A DNA stretch of 64,000 bases from Octopus vulgaris (lineage: Eukaryota), in NCBI GenBank assembly GCA_951406725.2, contig OX597832.1, forward strand, positions 29,326,001 to 29,390,000, written 5' to 3'. Both the position numbers and the translations under genes were made by a program. Positions 13,354 to 27,000 of this stretch are shown here, one piece after another (within the stretch, counting starts at the first letter, position 1; the number at the start of each line of letters is the position of its first letter). The notes beneath the pieces were generated by a model that saw only the letters and a list, made by a program, of their open reading frames with translations, had not been told where the DNA came from and made no database searches.

Positions 13354-16300
13354 TATATATACATACACACACACATTTGTATACATATATACAAACACAA
13401 ATAATGCAGTACGATCATTTCATGCAATTCCATTTAATTGAAGAATTCAATCAGTTCATCAATTTAACATGTAGAGCAATCCTCAGCAGCACAAAGACAT
13501 AGAATTTAATAAAATTAGAACAGATGGACAGATTTTATATATATATATATATATATATACATATATATATGATTCCACTCTGCTATGAACAAGTTTGTCC
13601 AATGAATGGAAATGTAATGAAATTCAGCCATACATTGATTGACCTGTATGTTGAAGGTAGGAAGATGTGATCATACATTGGTCTAGCATTGAGACAAAGT
13701 CATACTTTGGTATAATATCTGACCAAGTCATGTCATACACTGCCTTACCTCCAACTAATATTACAATATCAGGTGGTACATTGTTACATCAGTAATGATC
13801 TCACACACACACACACACACATAATAGAGTGAAACATTGTTGATACAGTGTAGTGAACTAGTTCTATCATTACATAGTTGAAATAGTGTCATACACGGGT
13901 AGAAAAGAGTGAAATATGGCCATACATTAATCGTAATACATTTGTAATATTGTCATGCATTATACACAGAATGGTAAACTCTAAATACCTTGGCACAATA
14001 TCGACTGTCAAACGCATGTTTGGCAATCTGATTCCTTAGAACAGTGATGGCACATCTATGAATGTCTCTGCTGTCATACAGGGCTATTTTCAATTCTTGC
14101 AAGAGCAGCCCTGCCAAATAATGGTTCTTTCGATATTCTTCAGATAACGTGTAGTCATGTTTCAAATCTATAGATATCAAAGAAATAGTTTCAGTGGAAT
14201 CAAACAAGAATTTCGGTTAGTAACAACTTCAAATAGCAAAAACCTTTATTGCCAAAATATAAACGGTTCTCAGTAAAATCCTATTTCTATGTTTATGACA
14301 CAATGAAAATGGCTTATTCCAAAAATATTTACAAAACTTATATTTGCTTCATTCAAGGAAGAAATTACAAACTGCTTTATGAATCCCTGATATTCTTAAA
14401 CTGACATGTATTTGGCAATCTGTTCAATAATATTGATTACACAGCAGAAACATTATTGGTTATTGACTCCTGGAAGAAGTACTCTAAGAAGGAGAGAAAG
14501 AAAAAAAAAAACAGATCCCAAAGTGAAAGATTTATCTTACTATCCATAAGAAAACCCTGACCCCCATCCTACTTCAATTCAACTCAGGTTTTCTAAATCT
14601 GCCTAAAGAAGTATTTGAAAAACAACAAATATTTTGGTTCTACCATTTCTAAATACCTTCTTCAATGGAATATATTCTTGCTACCCAATGTTTGGCACAT
14701 CTTGGCATAGCCTTATAACAGGTTTCTGCCTCAAATTAAACCTAGATTCTTTGAAAGCAATGAAACGGAAATTTTCAAATTGATGGTAGCATGAAAAATC
14801 TAACCAACGATGCCCAACGACTGCACATCAAATTCTTTGAATAACATTAGCAAAAACAATCTAATCAACGGTTTTCTTTATAAACTAGGAATTCTCAGAA
14901 TCTGGTCAAAACAATTCATGGATGTGAAGACATCAATGAGAATGTGTCCAATCAGACTTGTCGTTGGCAACCAAGAATTGGTGATATAAAGCAGACAAAT
15001 TCAAACTAGTGAATTGATTTCAGAGAAAAGTAGGTTGATGCCAGCCAAAGAGACAAGATGCTAGTGACAAGACAACAGAAGCTGATAGAGTTGTGAGCAA
15101 TGAAGTAGGATTGCAAACAAAATTCTTGTCATGCAAGTAACTGTGACCGATTCCGTTTTGGTAATCTGACTGCCAACCAATATGTCTAAACACTGGCTAA
15201 CCATTCCAATACATCATCAATCATCACACCCACACACATATATATATATATATAAATGTGTGTGTGTGTGTGTATGTATATATATTCTTTTATTTGCTTC
15301 AGTCATTTGACTATGGCCATACTGGAGCATCACCTTTATACATATATATATAAACAAAAAGTAAATTGATAATCAAAACTGAATTGGTTTTCTATTCTTC
15401 TGTTTTGGCTCTTCCAGACTGTCAAATCTGGAATGTCTTTTTCAAGTAGCAATAAATAGATGATGGAAAACTGATTTCAACTCATCTTCATTCCATCAAC
15501 TTTGGCTCATCATCACACTGCTACAGACCTTAATTAAAAAATGCCATTTTTTAATGAATTCTTTGCATTCTTCTACATCTATATCCTGTTTCTTGTGTTC
15601 TTTATAATTTACAACAAGAACCAAACCCGATGCCAACATGTTTTATACCCATGCCTCCTTTTCCCCATCATCTTCTTACACTAAATTTTATATTTATTTC
15701 TTTCGTCTGAAAAACTATAGACCTTCTCCTTTCCTACCGCTGTGATCCCCTTGTGCTCCCACCTTATACGAACCCCAAATTTTTCTGACTTTAACCAAAT
15801 TGATTTTAACCCTTCCCTTTCACTAATCAGTGAAACATTATAGACTATGGGGAAATGTTCCCTCTTTCTTTGAAAACAAAAATGAAAACCAAAATAAAAT
15901 GTGGTGAGTTGAAGCAATAATAAACCAAACTGGAATCAGGGATGTCTGCGAGAAGAAAGACAAGTTGTTATGCAACAATACAAAAGAATGGTCAGAGTTG
16001 TAATTAGTGAATCATTTTGCAGTCTTGAATCAACAGACACAGCAATTAACGGAGGATGTATTTGACTATTCTTGCATCTGTTCCATCTATTCTTCTGCCA
16101 CCTGGACATTGCATCACCAGCAGGAATCTTTGGCCAGTATTTAAAAATTAAAAAAATACAAAGAAGGTAATAAAAAAAAAAAAATAATTGTCAGAGCCAT
16201 TGTAGAATGGCTGGATGAAAAGGTCAATTTCTGGCGGCTGCCTGGTTCACAGCTGCTCAAACATGCAACGAAGTCCTCAAATAACCAGGAAGTTAAACAA

Positions 16301-16656
16301 AACAACAGCAGAGATTCTGTAATATTAGAAGAGTCAACGTAGAGGTGAGTGAGTAGCCATGCAGCCAATCAGTCAGTATGAGTCAAAGACAGTTTAGAAA
16401 TTAATTCAACTTTTAGATAAAATTTCTCTTACAACCAAAAAAATATTCATCTATCGGCAGATATTTATTACAAAAACATGGAAATTACCACAAAAATATT
16501 AATATAGGTGATTGTGTGGGTGAGTGTATAAACCCTTATTTGCAAAAACAGGTAAATGTTAGCAAAACGAAGAGCAACCAGCTGTAAAATAATGCTTTAG
16601 GATATGTCCTTGTCCAATCCATGCAGTCATGGGAAACACTTGAAAATGAACAAATA

Positions 16657-16688
<32 letters not shown>

Positions 16689-17433
16689 TGTGTATGTGTG
16701 CTTTTACAAGTGGTGTGAAGGGGTGAAAGTGACTTTAAAGTTTTGGCTTGTGGTCCGACAAAAACTACAGGTTGGCACTTTTAAGACAATGTCACCCAAT
16801 CATTAGTGAAAGTATAATAAATAGGCAATCTACAAGAAAATATCAAGTAATTCTTCAGCTTAATGTTAAATAAGTTTATACACACATACATATTTATACA
16901 CATTTGTACATACGTGGGTGTTTGTGTGCATGTGTATGTATAATATATATATATATGTATGTATGTGAGATCTACTATGAGCAGCTTAAGTCAGTGCTAG
17001 AAGAGAAACAACCATCTTTGGTTTCAAGACGAAAGATGCTCTTCCATCAGGATAATGTTCGGCCACATACAGCTAGTATAACATTCCAAAGGCTGGAGCA
17101 GTTTGAATGGGAAACGATGCACCATCCACCACATTTACCAGACATTGCCCCATCAGATTATCATTTTATTTCACAGTCTTCAAAATCATTTAGATGGAAA
17201 AAATATGAAATCTGTAGACGAGGTCAGAACAGTGCTGGAAGAGTATTTTCATTACAAACAAATGAATTTTGGAAGGGGGCCTTGCAAGTCTAGCAGACAG
17301 ATGGAAGAGCATTGTAGAAAATGAAGGAGAGTATGTTCTAGATTAAAAAAGAACTTTGTTTATCTTAATTTTGAAAAATAAAAGAAGTGTAAAAAAACAG
17401 TATTATTTATGGCATGGCTCGTGTGTGTATGTA

Positions 17434-17480
<47 letters not shown>

Positions 17481-17701
17481 TTGCCATTATGTGAAAATGT
17501 CATAAGTCCAAAATGTTGCCTTTTCAGAAAACACAAAAATAGTTACACCATCTGTTGTACTTTTGATATCTTGACATCTGAAGCAGCTGGAGATACAATA
17601 GTTTGACCAATAGAACCAGCTATTGCAAACAAGAATAAATATTGGAAAAAACGCATTTGGCCAAATTTGAACATACAACAGTTTAACATAATAGGCAACA
17701 A

Positions 17702-17735
<34 letters not shown>

Positions 17736-20570
17736 ATATATCTCTATATAAACGGCAGTTTGTCTGTGCGTGTTTCTGTGTGTCTGTTTGCTTGTACCCT
17801 CACCCTGACCACGGCTTTCAACCGATTCTGATGAAACTTGACACACACATAGCCCAATGTCATAATTCAAAACTAACGCAGAGAAAATTTTGAAAAGTTC
17901 CCCCAGTTTTGAAAAAATCGATAAATTCGACATGGGATCGAGAATCAGGAACACAAACCACAAACTGTGTAGGGGACGCAACTCCACCTTTTTTAACTAT
18001 CAAAAAAAAATTTACCATCATTTTTTTCCATTTTTTTTGCTATTTTTTGGCTATAACTCTCTAAAAATGCTTTATAGTTATTTCCCTTACAAACCTGAGC
18101 AACGCCAGGCGATACTGCTAGTATTTATATATATATATATGTATGTTTGTATGTATGTATCATTATAGTTTAATGTTTTATATATGTATATATATGTATT
18201 TATACACACATATATATATATACACATACATACTTACATACATATATATACATACATACTCGCACATACATACACATCTTATCACTATAAATACATACAT
18301 TCAGTGATATTGTCCAACCCATCTGGTAGGACAATAATCCTGTAAAAGAACTGACTTGGACAGTGTTAATCCTGTCCAACCCATGCCAGCATGGCAAGCA
18401 AATGTAAAATAACGATGTGTGTGTGTGTGTGCTCCTGCCAGAATACATTGGCTGCAGCACCTTGTTGAGTCTTCTACAAAAATTCTTGCATCTCCACTTG
18501 GTTTCTTTTGAAATTTCTGTCACTGAACTCCCTATTCCAGGATTTCAATGAAGACCAACGGATGATGTATTTCTATATCAGAAAAATCAAATTATTTGTT
18601 CTTGGAATGGAGAAATTAGAAAACAGACCATTCTGATAGACATCATCAAAGAAACGGTTATGTCCCTCTCCCTCTTTGGATCTTGTCTCTATATAGAAAA
18701 ATGACAGACTTGTTTATCCCTTGTTTTTGTGAAAATACATTGAAAAACACAAGAATGCATATAATTTTTGACTCTCCCTTGTATTTTTTGTTGTTGTTTT
18801 TTTTTTTGTTTCAGCTCAGAGCTGCAGCCATGCTGATGCACCGCCATTTAGTATTTTGTATATTGCAAAACTTTGATTCTTTTTCAATCTGCAACATTTA
18901 TATTCTTTACTGAATTTGAAAAGTGATCAATTTTTAATTTTTTGCATACTTTTCTAACAAACCTTTAAATCTTGGAGAATGTTTTGGTCTTTACCATTTT
19001 TAACACTATTCTAAGTCTTGAGAAATAATTGTTTGCTTGGCATTAAATTTTCATTCTATTAATTCAATCAATTTCTGGTTTTCAGTTATTTCCACGACAG
19101 AGATTTCATGAGTGGCTCCTGTAAATGATTTTCAAAGACATTTATGTTGAGTTTTTTTTTTAAATTATTGGATTATTCACCAGAGCTTTCATAGTAATAT
19201 AGGTTTTTTTTTGTGTCTGTTATTGAAGGAAAAGACCAGAATGGCACCAAAGAATTGTGATCTGCTTCAAAAAGGATTCTGGTTCTTTGATAATTACAAC
19301 AGTAGGAACTAAACATTTTTTATGTACTCCCATGTGAAAATATAATCAATTTTCTATGTAATTCTAACAATAGTGTACTATCTATAAATATATATTGGTC
19401 GAAAATGGTATAGAGAATTTGATTCTTCTGATAATATGAGAAATCTTATTTCACTGTCATTTATTTCAGAATCATCATTTTTGGTACCAAAGTGAAGCCA
19501 AAAGCCATTTCAATCTCAATCAATTTCTGTGCCGATAAGAATTTTCGAATCCCAAGTGACTCTCTTTGTCAGTTTGAAGAAAAACTTTGAAGGATGCCGA
19601 AGAATGTTTAGTTATGAGATTCACGATAGGCCAAAGAATAACAGAACAGATGGATTAGTACAGTCTGGTTATGTTGCTGCATACAAAAACTGATGGATTA
19701 GTAAAGTCTGGCTGTGGTGTAAAATATAAAACTGATGGATTGGTAGAGTCTAGCTGTGGTGTAAAATATAAAACTGATGGATTGGTAGAGTCTGGCTGTG
19801 TCCAGAGACACTATGGCACCTGAGATGGCTGGAAAACATATCGAATGGAACAACAACAAGAATGGTAATGATAAAGACAGTAATTCCTCAACCATTTTGA
19901 AGAATATTATTATTAAAGTTTATACTGATATTTGTGGTGTGGAATTAGTAACGTGGCACCTCCATAATATTATATGGAGGAGAACAAGAAGAAGAAGAAG
20001 ATGAAGCTGTGCAAATATATCTACATTAAAAGCAACTACTACAAGTAAATAAAACAACAACTAACAACAAATAAAATAAAGATAAAAAAACAATAAAAAT
20101 TGATTGCTTACCAGAGGGGTCATAGTGGTAGTAGTGATAAAAACAGACTAAAACTGCGTCGAAAAAGGGGACAGCAAAAATATCAAAGATTTAAAGTTTG
20201 AATTTTGGCCATTGGTTAAAAATGCATTCTTGTTGGTAATACTCACTAAAGAGGCGGCGGCAGCGTCTAAGAAATGGTTATTGATCTAAACAGCGAGTTG
20301 GTGAGGGGTGAAGGGCACAACGGAGGGGGGGAAGCACTACATGACCAGCTTTTAGAACAAAAATAAACTTTGGGTTAGTGGTGGAAATTTAGCTTTAAAA
20401 ACAGGGGAAAAGCGAAAATAAGAGAGAGAGAGAGAGAAAGACAAAGGAGAGATTGAGACAAAGAACAAAAGAGAAACTAGACAAAAATCTTTTCACAAAA
20501 TTTGAGAATATACTTAATGTACTAGATGTTATTATACATATATATATATATATACATACAAACATATGCA

Positions 20571-20610
<40 letters not shown>

Positions 20611-20756
20611 TATGTATATATATATATATATACATGTGTATATATATATATATATACACATACATGTGTGTGTGTATGTATATATGTGTATATATATATA
20701 TATGTGTGTGTATATATGTGTATATATATATATGTATATATACACACACACATATG

Positions 20757-20820
<64 letters not shown>

Positions 20821-23800
20821 TACACGTGTGTGTGTATATATATATATATACACATAGCATGGCTGCAAAATATTATATACACACACAGACATGCTTACGT
20901 ATATTCTCATACACTACACACATATATACACATTTTTGTATACCAGTATCTCTCCCAACATAGGCACACTCTCTCACACACACACACACACATACATACA
21001 AAACTGTATTCAGTCTGTGATAACATCCACTAATAATTCCAGATTATCTTAATCCTCTTTTGAGAAGATTCCATTCCAAGTACAAAAAATAAAGACCAAT
21101 TCCCAGAGAGATTCAATGGAAGAGAATCTCTACAGATATTGGAATTCCAGAACCATTTTTCTCAAGAAATACTGATTCACTTTAAAAATACAAAAATACG
21201 AATCCTGAAACCCCAGATGTGAGGCATCCTGCAGTCAGCCCAATACAACAGCCAATTCTCCCTCAACTTGATCCCTACAACTCACAAAATAGGAAATATA
21301 TTATCTAAGATGTTAAAACTTAGCAACATTTTAAAGATTTTCTTTTGTTTAAATCAACTGGCTTTATACAATATATGCAAAGGTGAGTGCTTAATATGAC
21401 ATTTATGTGTGCAAAGATAAACCTGACTAGGCCCACACATCTACAACATCAGTAGGCACAATGGCCCAGTGGTTAGAGCAGTGGACTTGTAGTTGGAGGA
21501 TCGCGGTTTCAATTCCCAGACCGGGCGTTGTGTGTGTTTATTGAGCGAAATCACCTAAAGCTCCACGAGGCTCCGGCAGGGGGTGGTGGCGACCCTGTTG
21601 TACTCTTTCACCCCAACTTTCTCTCACTCTTTCTTCCTGTTTCTTGTCCCCGACTTCCTACGCAATCGCTGAGCCTGGATGCGCATTCATCCATCCGTCG
21701 ATGCTCTCGGTGTCAGGGGTTGACCTGCTCTCTCTTCTGCGGGTCTTACGAATAGCAAAGGACAGCGTTTCGGACTTCTCCCACTCTGGGACGAAGACCG
21801 CTACACTCAACAGCAGCAACAGCAACAACAACATCAATCACCACAGACCCACTTCTGTCACTAAATTACTCTTATGATGTTTCCCTTTCTGTCAAACATT
21901 TCAGAAACCTTATACCTCTATATACTGCCTCTTTATGGCCCATTATTTATTCTATTTTGAGGGGCAGACTGAGCTGTTCGAGACACTACAGACATCACAT
22001 GTAAATCTACCAAAAGTTCAAAGGAACTGAAACAAAACAATCTATTTAGAGATACGGCAAAATACAAACGATTTGAATATAAACTATATCCATCCATCCA
22101 TCCATTTTCTCAGCCGAGTGTTCCTGGGGAAGTTGTGGGGCTGGAATTCTCAGAGAAGCAATCATTATTATACTTCCCCCTTGGATTCTCAAACATGGCC
22201 AACTGAGTCTATGGCTGTTCTCAAAACATCTCATTCTTGGTCTACCCTTCACTCTCCGACCACTTGGCTCAGCCTGGAGAATCCATCTTGTGATTTCCTC
22301 CTGTGACAGTCTAATCACATGACCATAGTACCAGAGCTGTGACCCCTGAATGCAGAAGAGTAGCAACTCAATCTGGAGAGATTCCTTCATCTCCAAGCTA
22401 CACACCCTGTCCAGTATGTTACACAGGAAGTCCTTTGGAGGACCTGTTGGTACTCTTTTGGTCATCAACCAACACTCATCCCCTTAATTAAGGCAGTGAG
22501 CTGGCAGAAACTTTAGCATAGCGGTCGAAATGCTTAGCAGTATTTTGTCTGTCTTTATGTCCTGAGTTCAAATTCCGCCAAGGTCGACTTTGCCTTTCAT
22601 CTTTTCGGGGTTGATAAATTAAGTACCAGTTGCACATTGGCGTTGATCTAATCAACTGGCCCCCTCCCCCAAAATTTCGGGCCTTGTGTCTAGAGTAGTA
22701 AAGAATATAACTCTGTAAAATCATAGTACGAAGATAAAACAGTAGATAGGGAAACCATCTTCATTCATCCAGATATGATTTGGGTGTATGCATCAATACA
22801 GATCCCTTTGTCATATATACACACATACTTATGTATATAAACACACAGAAGTATAAACGTATGTATACATACACTTGCTTATCTAAATACAAGCATATGT
22901 GTACATACACACACATATATGTGTGTGTGTATATGTTTATTGAACAATCAACACAGAGAAAATTTTAAAAGTAAGACAGATCTAAGGCCACAAACAAGAA
23001 ATATTGAAGAAAGTTCCCAAGACTGAACTTCAAGCAGTGAAGAAGCAGTCAGCGAGAGAGAGAGAGAGAAGGACGCCATGCCAAGTGTTGAGAGGTCAAG
23101 TGTGGCAGATGAAATAACAACAACAGCAAAAAAAAATTAAATAAAAATAAATAAATAAATTTCAAAATGACAAAATACTTCTTGAAACACTGAACTATCG
23201 ACTGTGGAGGCACAGTAATGACAACATCCCACAATCTAAAGAATTATTATTCTGGGAAAAATTAAGGGTCTGCCAGAAGATGTGAGAGAAATGATATAGC
23301 GCTCCACATAGAGTATCAGTATCCTGTCTATTTCTAGTGAAGCACTGTGGTTACTATTGTTCTTAGCAGTATTACTAGTTAGAAGACCGGTCAAGCTAAG
23401 TAAAATTGTAGCCATGGCTGACACTGGTGTCACATAACAGGCACCTGTGCTGGTGGCACATAAAAAGCACCTGTTGAGTATTGGGCCTTACGGAGGCAAT
23501 GTGGCCAATGCTGGTGTCATGAAACTGGCACCTGTGCTGGTGGCACATAAAAAGTACCTTTCAGTTGTTGGGCTTCACAGAAGCAATGACAAATGACTGA
23601 GACCTTTGGCAATATGCTGTGCTTGAGCAGAAGACCCATCAAGCCAAGTGAAATTGTAGTCGTGGAAGATAAGATACTGGTGTCGTGCCAGTGGCACATA
23701 AAAACACCCATTACACTCTTAGAGAGGTTGGTGTTAGGAAGGGGATCCAGCCATAGAAACCATGCCAAATCAGACTGGAATCTAGTGCAGCCCTTCAGCT

Positions 23801-23993
23801 TACCAGCCCTGATCAAACTGTCCAACCCATGACAGCATGGACAACAAACGTTAAATGATGATGCAGTAAAAAAAAGTATGATAAACACAAGATACAGTTT
23901 GATCTGTTGAAACATAATGCAATGAGGTATTCCTCCAATGATCTGTTGTGGCTCAGCATCCAACTGCAGTAGGAACATCTGATGCAGAGGTTG

Positions 23994-24029
<36 letters not shown>

Positions 24030-27000
24030 ATATATACAAATATGGCAGCACCAAGAGACAGTCAGAATAGAACCTCAGCAGGCATGATCTAAACGGATCA
24101 GAGATATGTTTGGAAAACTAAAACTAATTTATTGATAACTGAAATAAATACAAAAGAACTCAAGGACCCCCCTTACACATACACACACACACACGCACAC
24201 ATCAATCAGCTTTAATACGAGGTAAAGTAAGAGAGGAAACTGTGATACGTAGTTAGTAGTAGTAGTAGTAGCAGCAGCAACACATGGTGTGCATCAATAA
24301 TTACTAACAAATTTGTTCCCTCATTAATAAACATAATTAGACGCAACCTCATAAAACCTGACTTCTAACGAAGTAGTTGTCCTGTTATTTTAATTAATGT
24401 CAATGGCCAAAGTGGTTATTCAATAGAGTTGAGGGTAAACATGACTTTGGTAAAGGATTCTTCACAACTCCTCAGCACCAGTTCTCCATGAAGGGAGATG
24501 CTGTACAAGACTAGAAGATTCCATGGAATAAACCAAACCTAGAAACAGCTACGGAAAAGCTGTATTCCTAATTAGACAAGAAGGAGTGACCAGGAATATA
24601 AAGAACTGGTTACACGGTACAAACTAGTTTATGATGGAACTTAGAATTAACCAGAGGTGTATCAAAATGGCAACGTTCCCCACCTGCCACCCCGGACACA
24701 CGGACACATAAAAAAAAAAAAAGCAACAGGAAAATAACAACAACAACAACAACAACGACAAACTAGAAACAAAATAAGAGAAGAAAAAAAAATTACACTG
24801 AAAAGAAGAAAATAAGAAGAGAGGAAGAAGAAGTGTTATGAAGTGATTGATCAGATTGGTAATAAGTGATCAATGGTGACAAGGCTAAGGTGATTGGTAA
24901 GCGCCTGGCTACATATCACACAATGAAACGATGCAGTCTGGATGCAGAGACTGCACCGACAACAGAGAAGTAAGAATTTACCTTCCAATTGGACATCTGT
25001 CAGTCGTAAAGAGAAGAAATAGATTGACAACTTTGTTACCAACAATATTTTTATATACACAGGCACAAACACACAGACATATATATATATATATATTTAT
25101 GTTTATATATACATACATACATACGTACGTACACTGGCAAGAGACAACAGAAAAGCTATTGGCAGCACAACAAATAGCAACAAATAAACAATAAATATAT
25201 ATATAAAGTTGATTTAGAATTTACCAAAAGACAAATTGAAATATTTTATGCCAATTCTTTGGAAAATTATCTCAGTTTTAAATATACAAAAGCTGTTTAT
25301 TATGAATCAGTGCTGGTTAGTATACACCAATAAATATATTTTAGTAGCAATAAAATTTTAGTATACATTCATAAATTTGTTTAATTACTTTGTTCGTTTA
25401 ACCAAATTACAGAGTTGGGTCTTCAACCATTGACCAATTCCACTCTCCAAGACTTTTAACTGACACCACACGATGAGAGGATGAGGAATTAGACAGGGAA
25501 TTTCATGTAGAAAAAGCACAGGGAAAGAATTGGTTTGTCAGTAAGAACAGTTCTATCTGGATTATAAGGGATTAGCAATATTATCTAAGTCTATAAGAGA
25601 TAAGTAATTTTACTTAAGTCTATAAAAGAAAATATTATTAGGGTCTTTAAAGAATAAGTAGGATTATCTAAGTCTATAAGAGATAAAGTAGGATTATCTA
25701 GGTCCATAAGTAGTTCCTACATCTTGATGTCAGAAATGAAACAATTACCATATCATAAGAGATTGAACAAGAAGTGAGAAAGATTTTAAAGGTTATGTCA
25801 GGGGTGGGGAGAGGTTTGTTAATAAGGGGGGGTCAGTGCAACAGGGATGTATTGGCAGGGGTTCAAAGAGGGGTGTTTTTGTAGAAGTGACAGAGAGATT
25901 AGGCCTAAGATGTGTGACAGGAAAATATGTTAACTATATTACATATATTAATGGGGTGGTGGTGGTGGTGGTGGCCATGCCTGGATTACTGACAGGAAAG
26001 CATGTCAGTTGTATCACATTAATAGGGTCGACTCTATCTCTTCTAGATTATTGAGAGAAGAGGACACAACAGTCATGTGTTTATGTATTTGCATATATAT
26101 ATAGCTATGTGTATATATATATACATATATATATATACATATAAAATAATATACATATAAAATATATACAAATAAAATATAAAATACATATAAAATATAT
26201 ACAAATAACGTGGTGGTGTAACAATATTGTTGACAGGGCTATTAGACAAAAGAAACAGGCTTGGAAGGCCTGGAAGAACGGTGGTAGCAGGGAAGTGTAT
26301 CAGACTGCCAGAAGGGAAGCTAGGAGACAGGTCTATCTACCCAAAGGGGAAGCAGATAAGGAAAAATTTGCCAATGTCCTGCGCCGTGAGGATGAAAGAC
26401 TTGAGGTATTTCGTGTTGCAAGACAGTGTGTTAGAGAGAATCGTGACGTGGTAGGAGAGAAATGTGTTCGCAAGGATGACGGTTCACTTGTGCTAAATGA
26501 GGATGCAAAGAGAGAGGCTTGGAGACGCCACTATGAAAGGTTGCTGAATGAGGAAAATGAATGGGATAAAGTGAGTCTGCCGAATGTCGACCCAACAGAG
26601 GGACCAGCAATCCGAGTTAACAGTTCCTTAGTAGATAAGGCAATTAGAAGCATGAAAACAGGGAAAGCTCCAGGCCCATCAGGAATTACTGCAGAGATGC
26701 TCAAAATATCTGGTAGTGTCGGCTATAGCTTAGTCACCCGTATAGTTAACCAGGTGATACACGAAGGAGTCATACCCAATGACTGGTGTAGCAGCATAAT
26801 AGTCAACTGCTACAAAGGTAAAGGCGACGCCCTAGATACAAATAACTACAGGGGCATCAAGCTGCTGGATCAGGTAATGAAGGTTACGGAGAGGGTTATA
26901 GCCCAATTAATTAGAGAGAGAGTTAGCTTAGATGATATGCAGTTTGGGTTCGTGCCAGGGAAAAGTACTACTGATGCTATATTCCTGGTAAGACAGCTGC

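Noticed and set aside
20395-21033. Many YI/CV-rich ORFs (also near 327, 3598 and 55166) and RE-rich ORFs near 11686
   Set aside because: Dinucleotide microsatellite artefacts.
21453-21530. tRNA-like sequence (also 52750-52822 and other SINE heads)
   Set aside because: Imperfect cloverleaf and continuous with a dispersed SINE body.
23195-23235. Acceptor followed by a short phase-1 frame (D)[12 protein letters not shown]
   Set aside because: An acceptor plus early stop is common by chance; no donor or other support.
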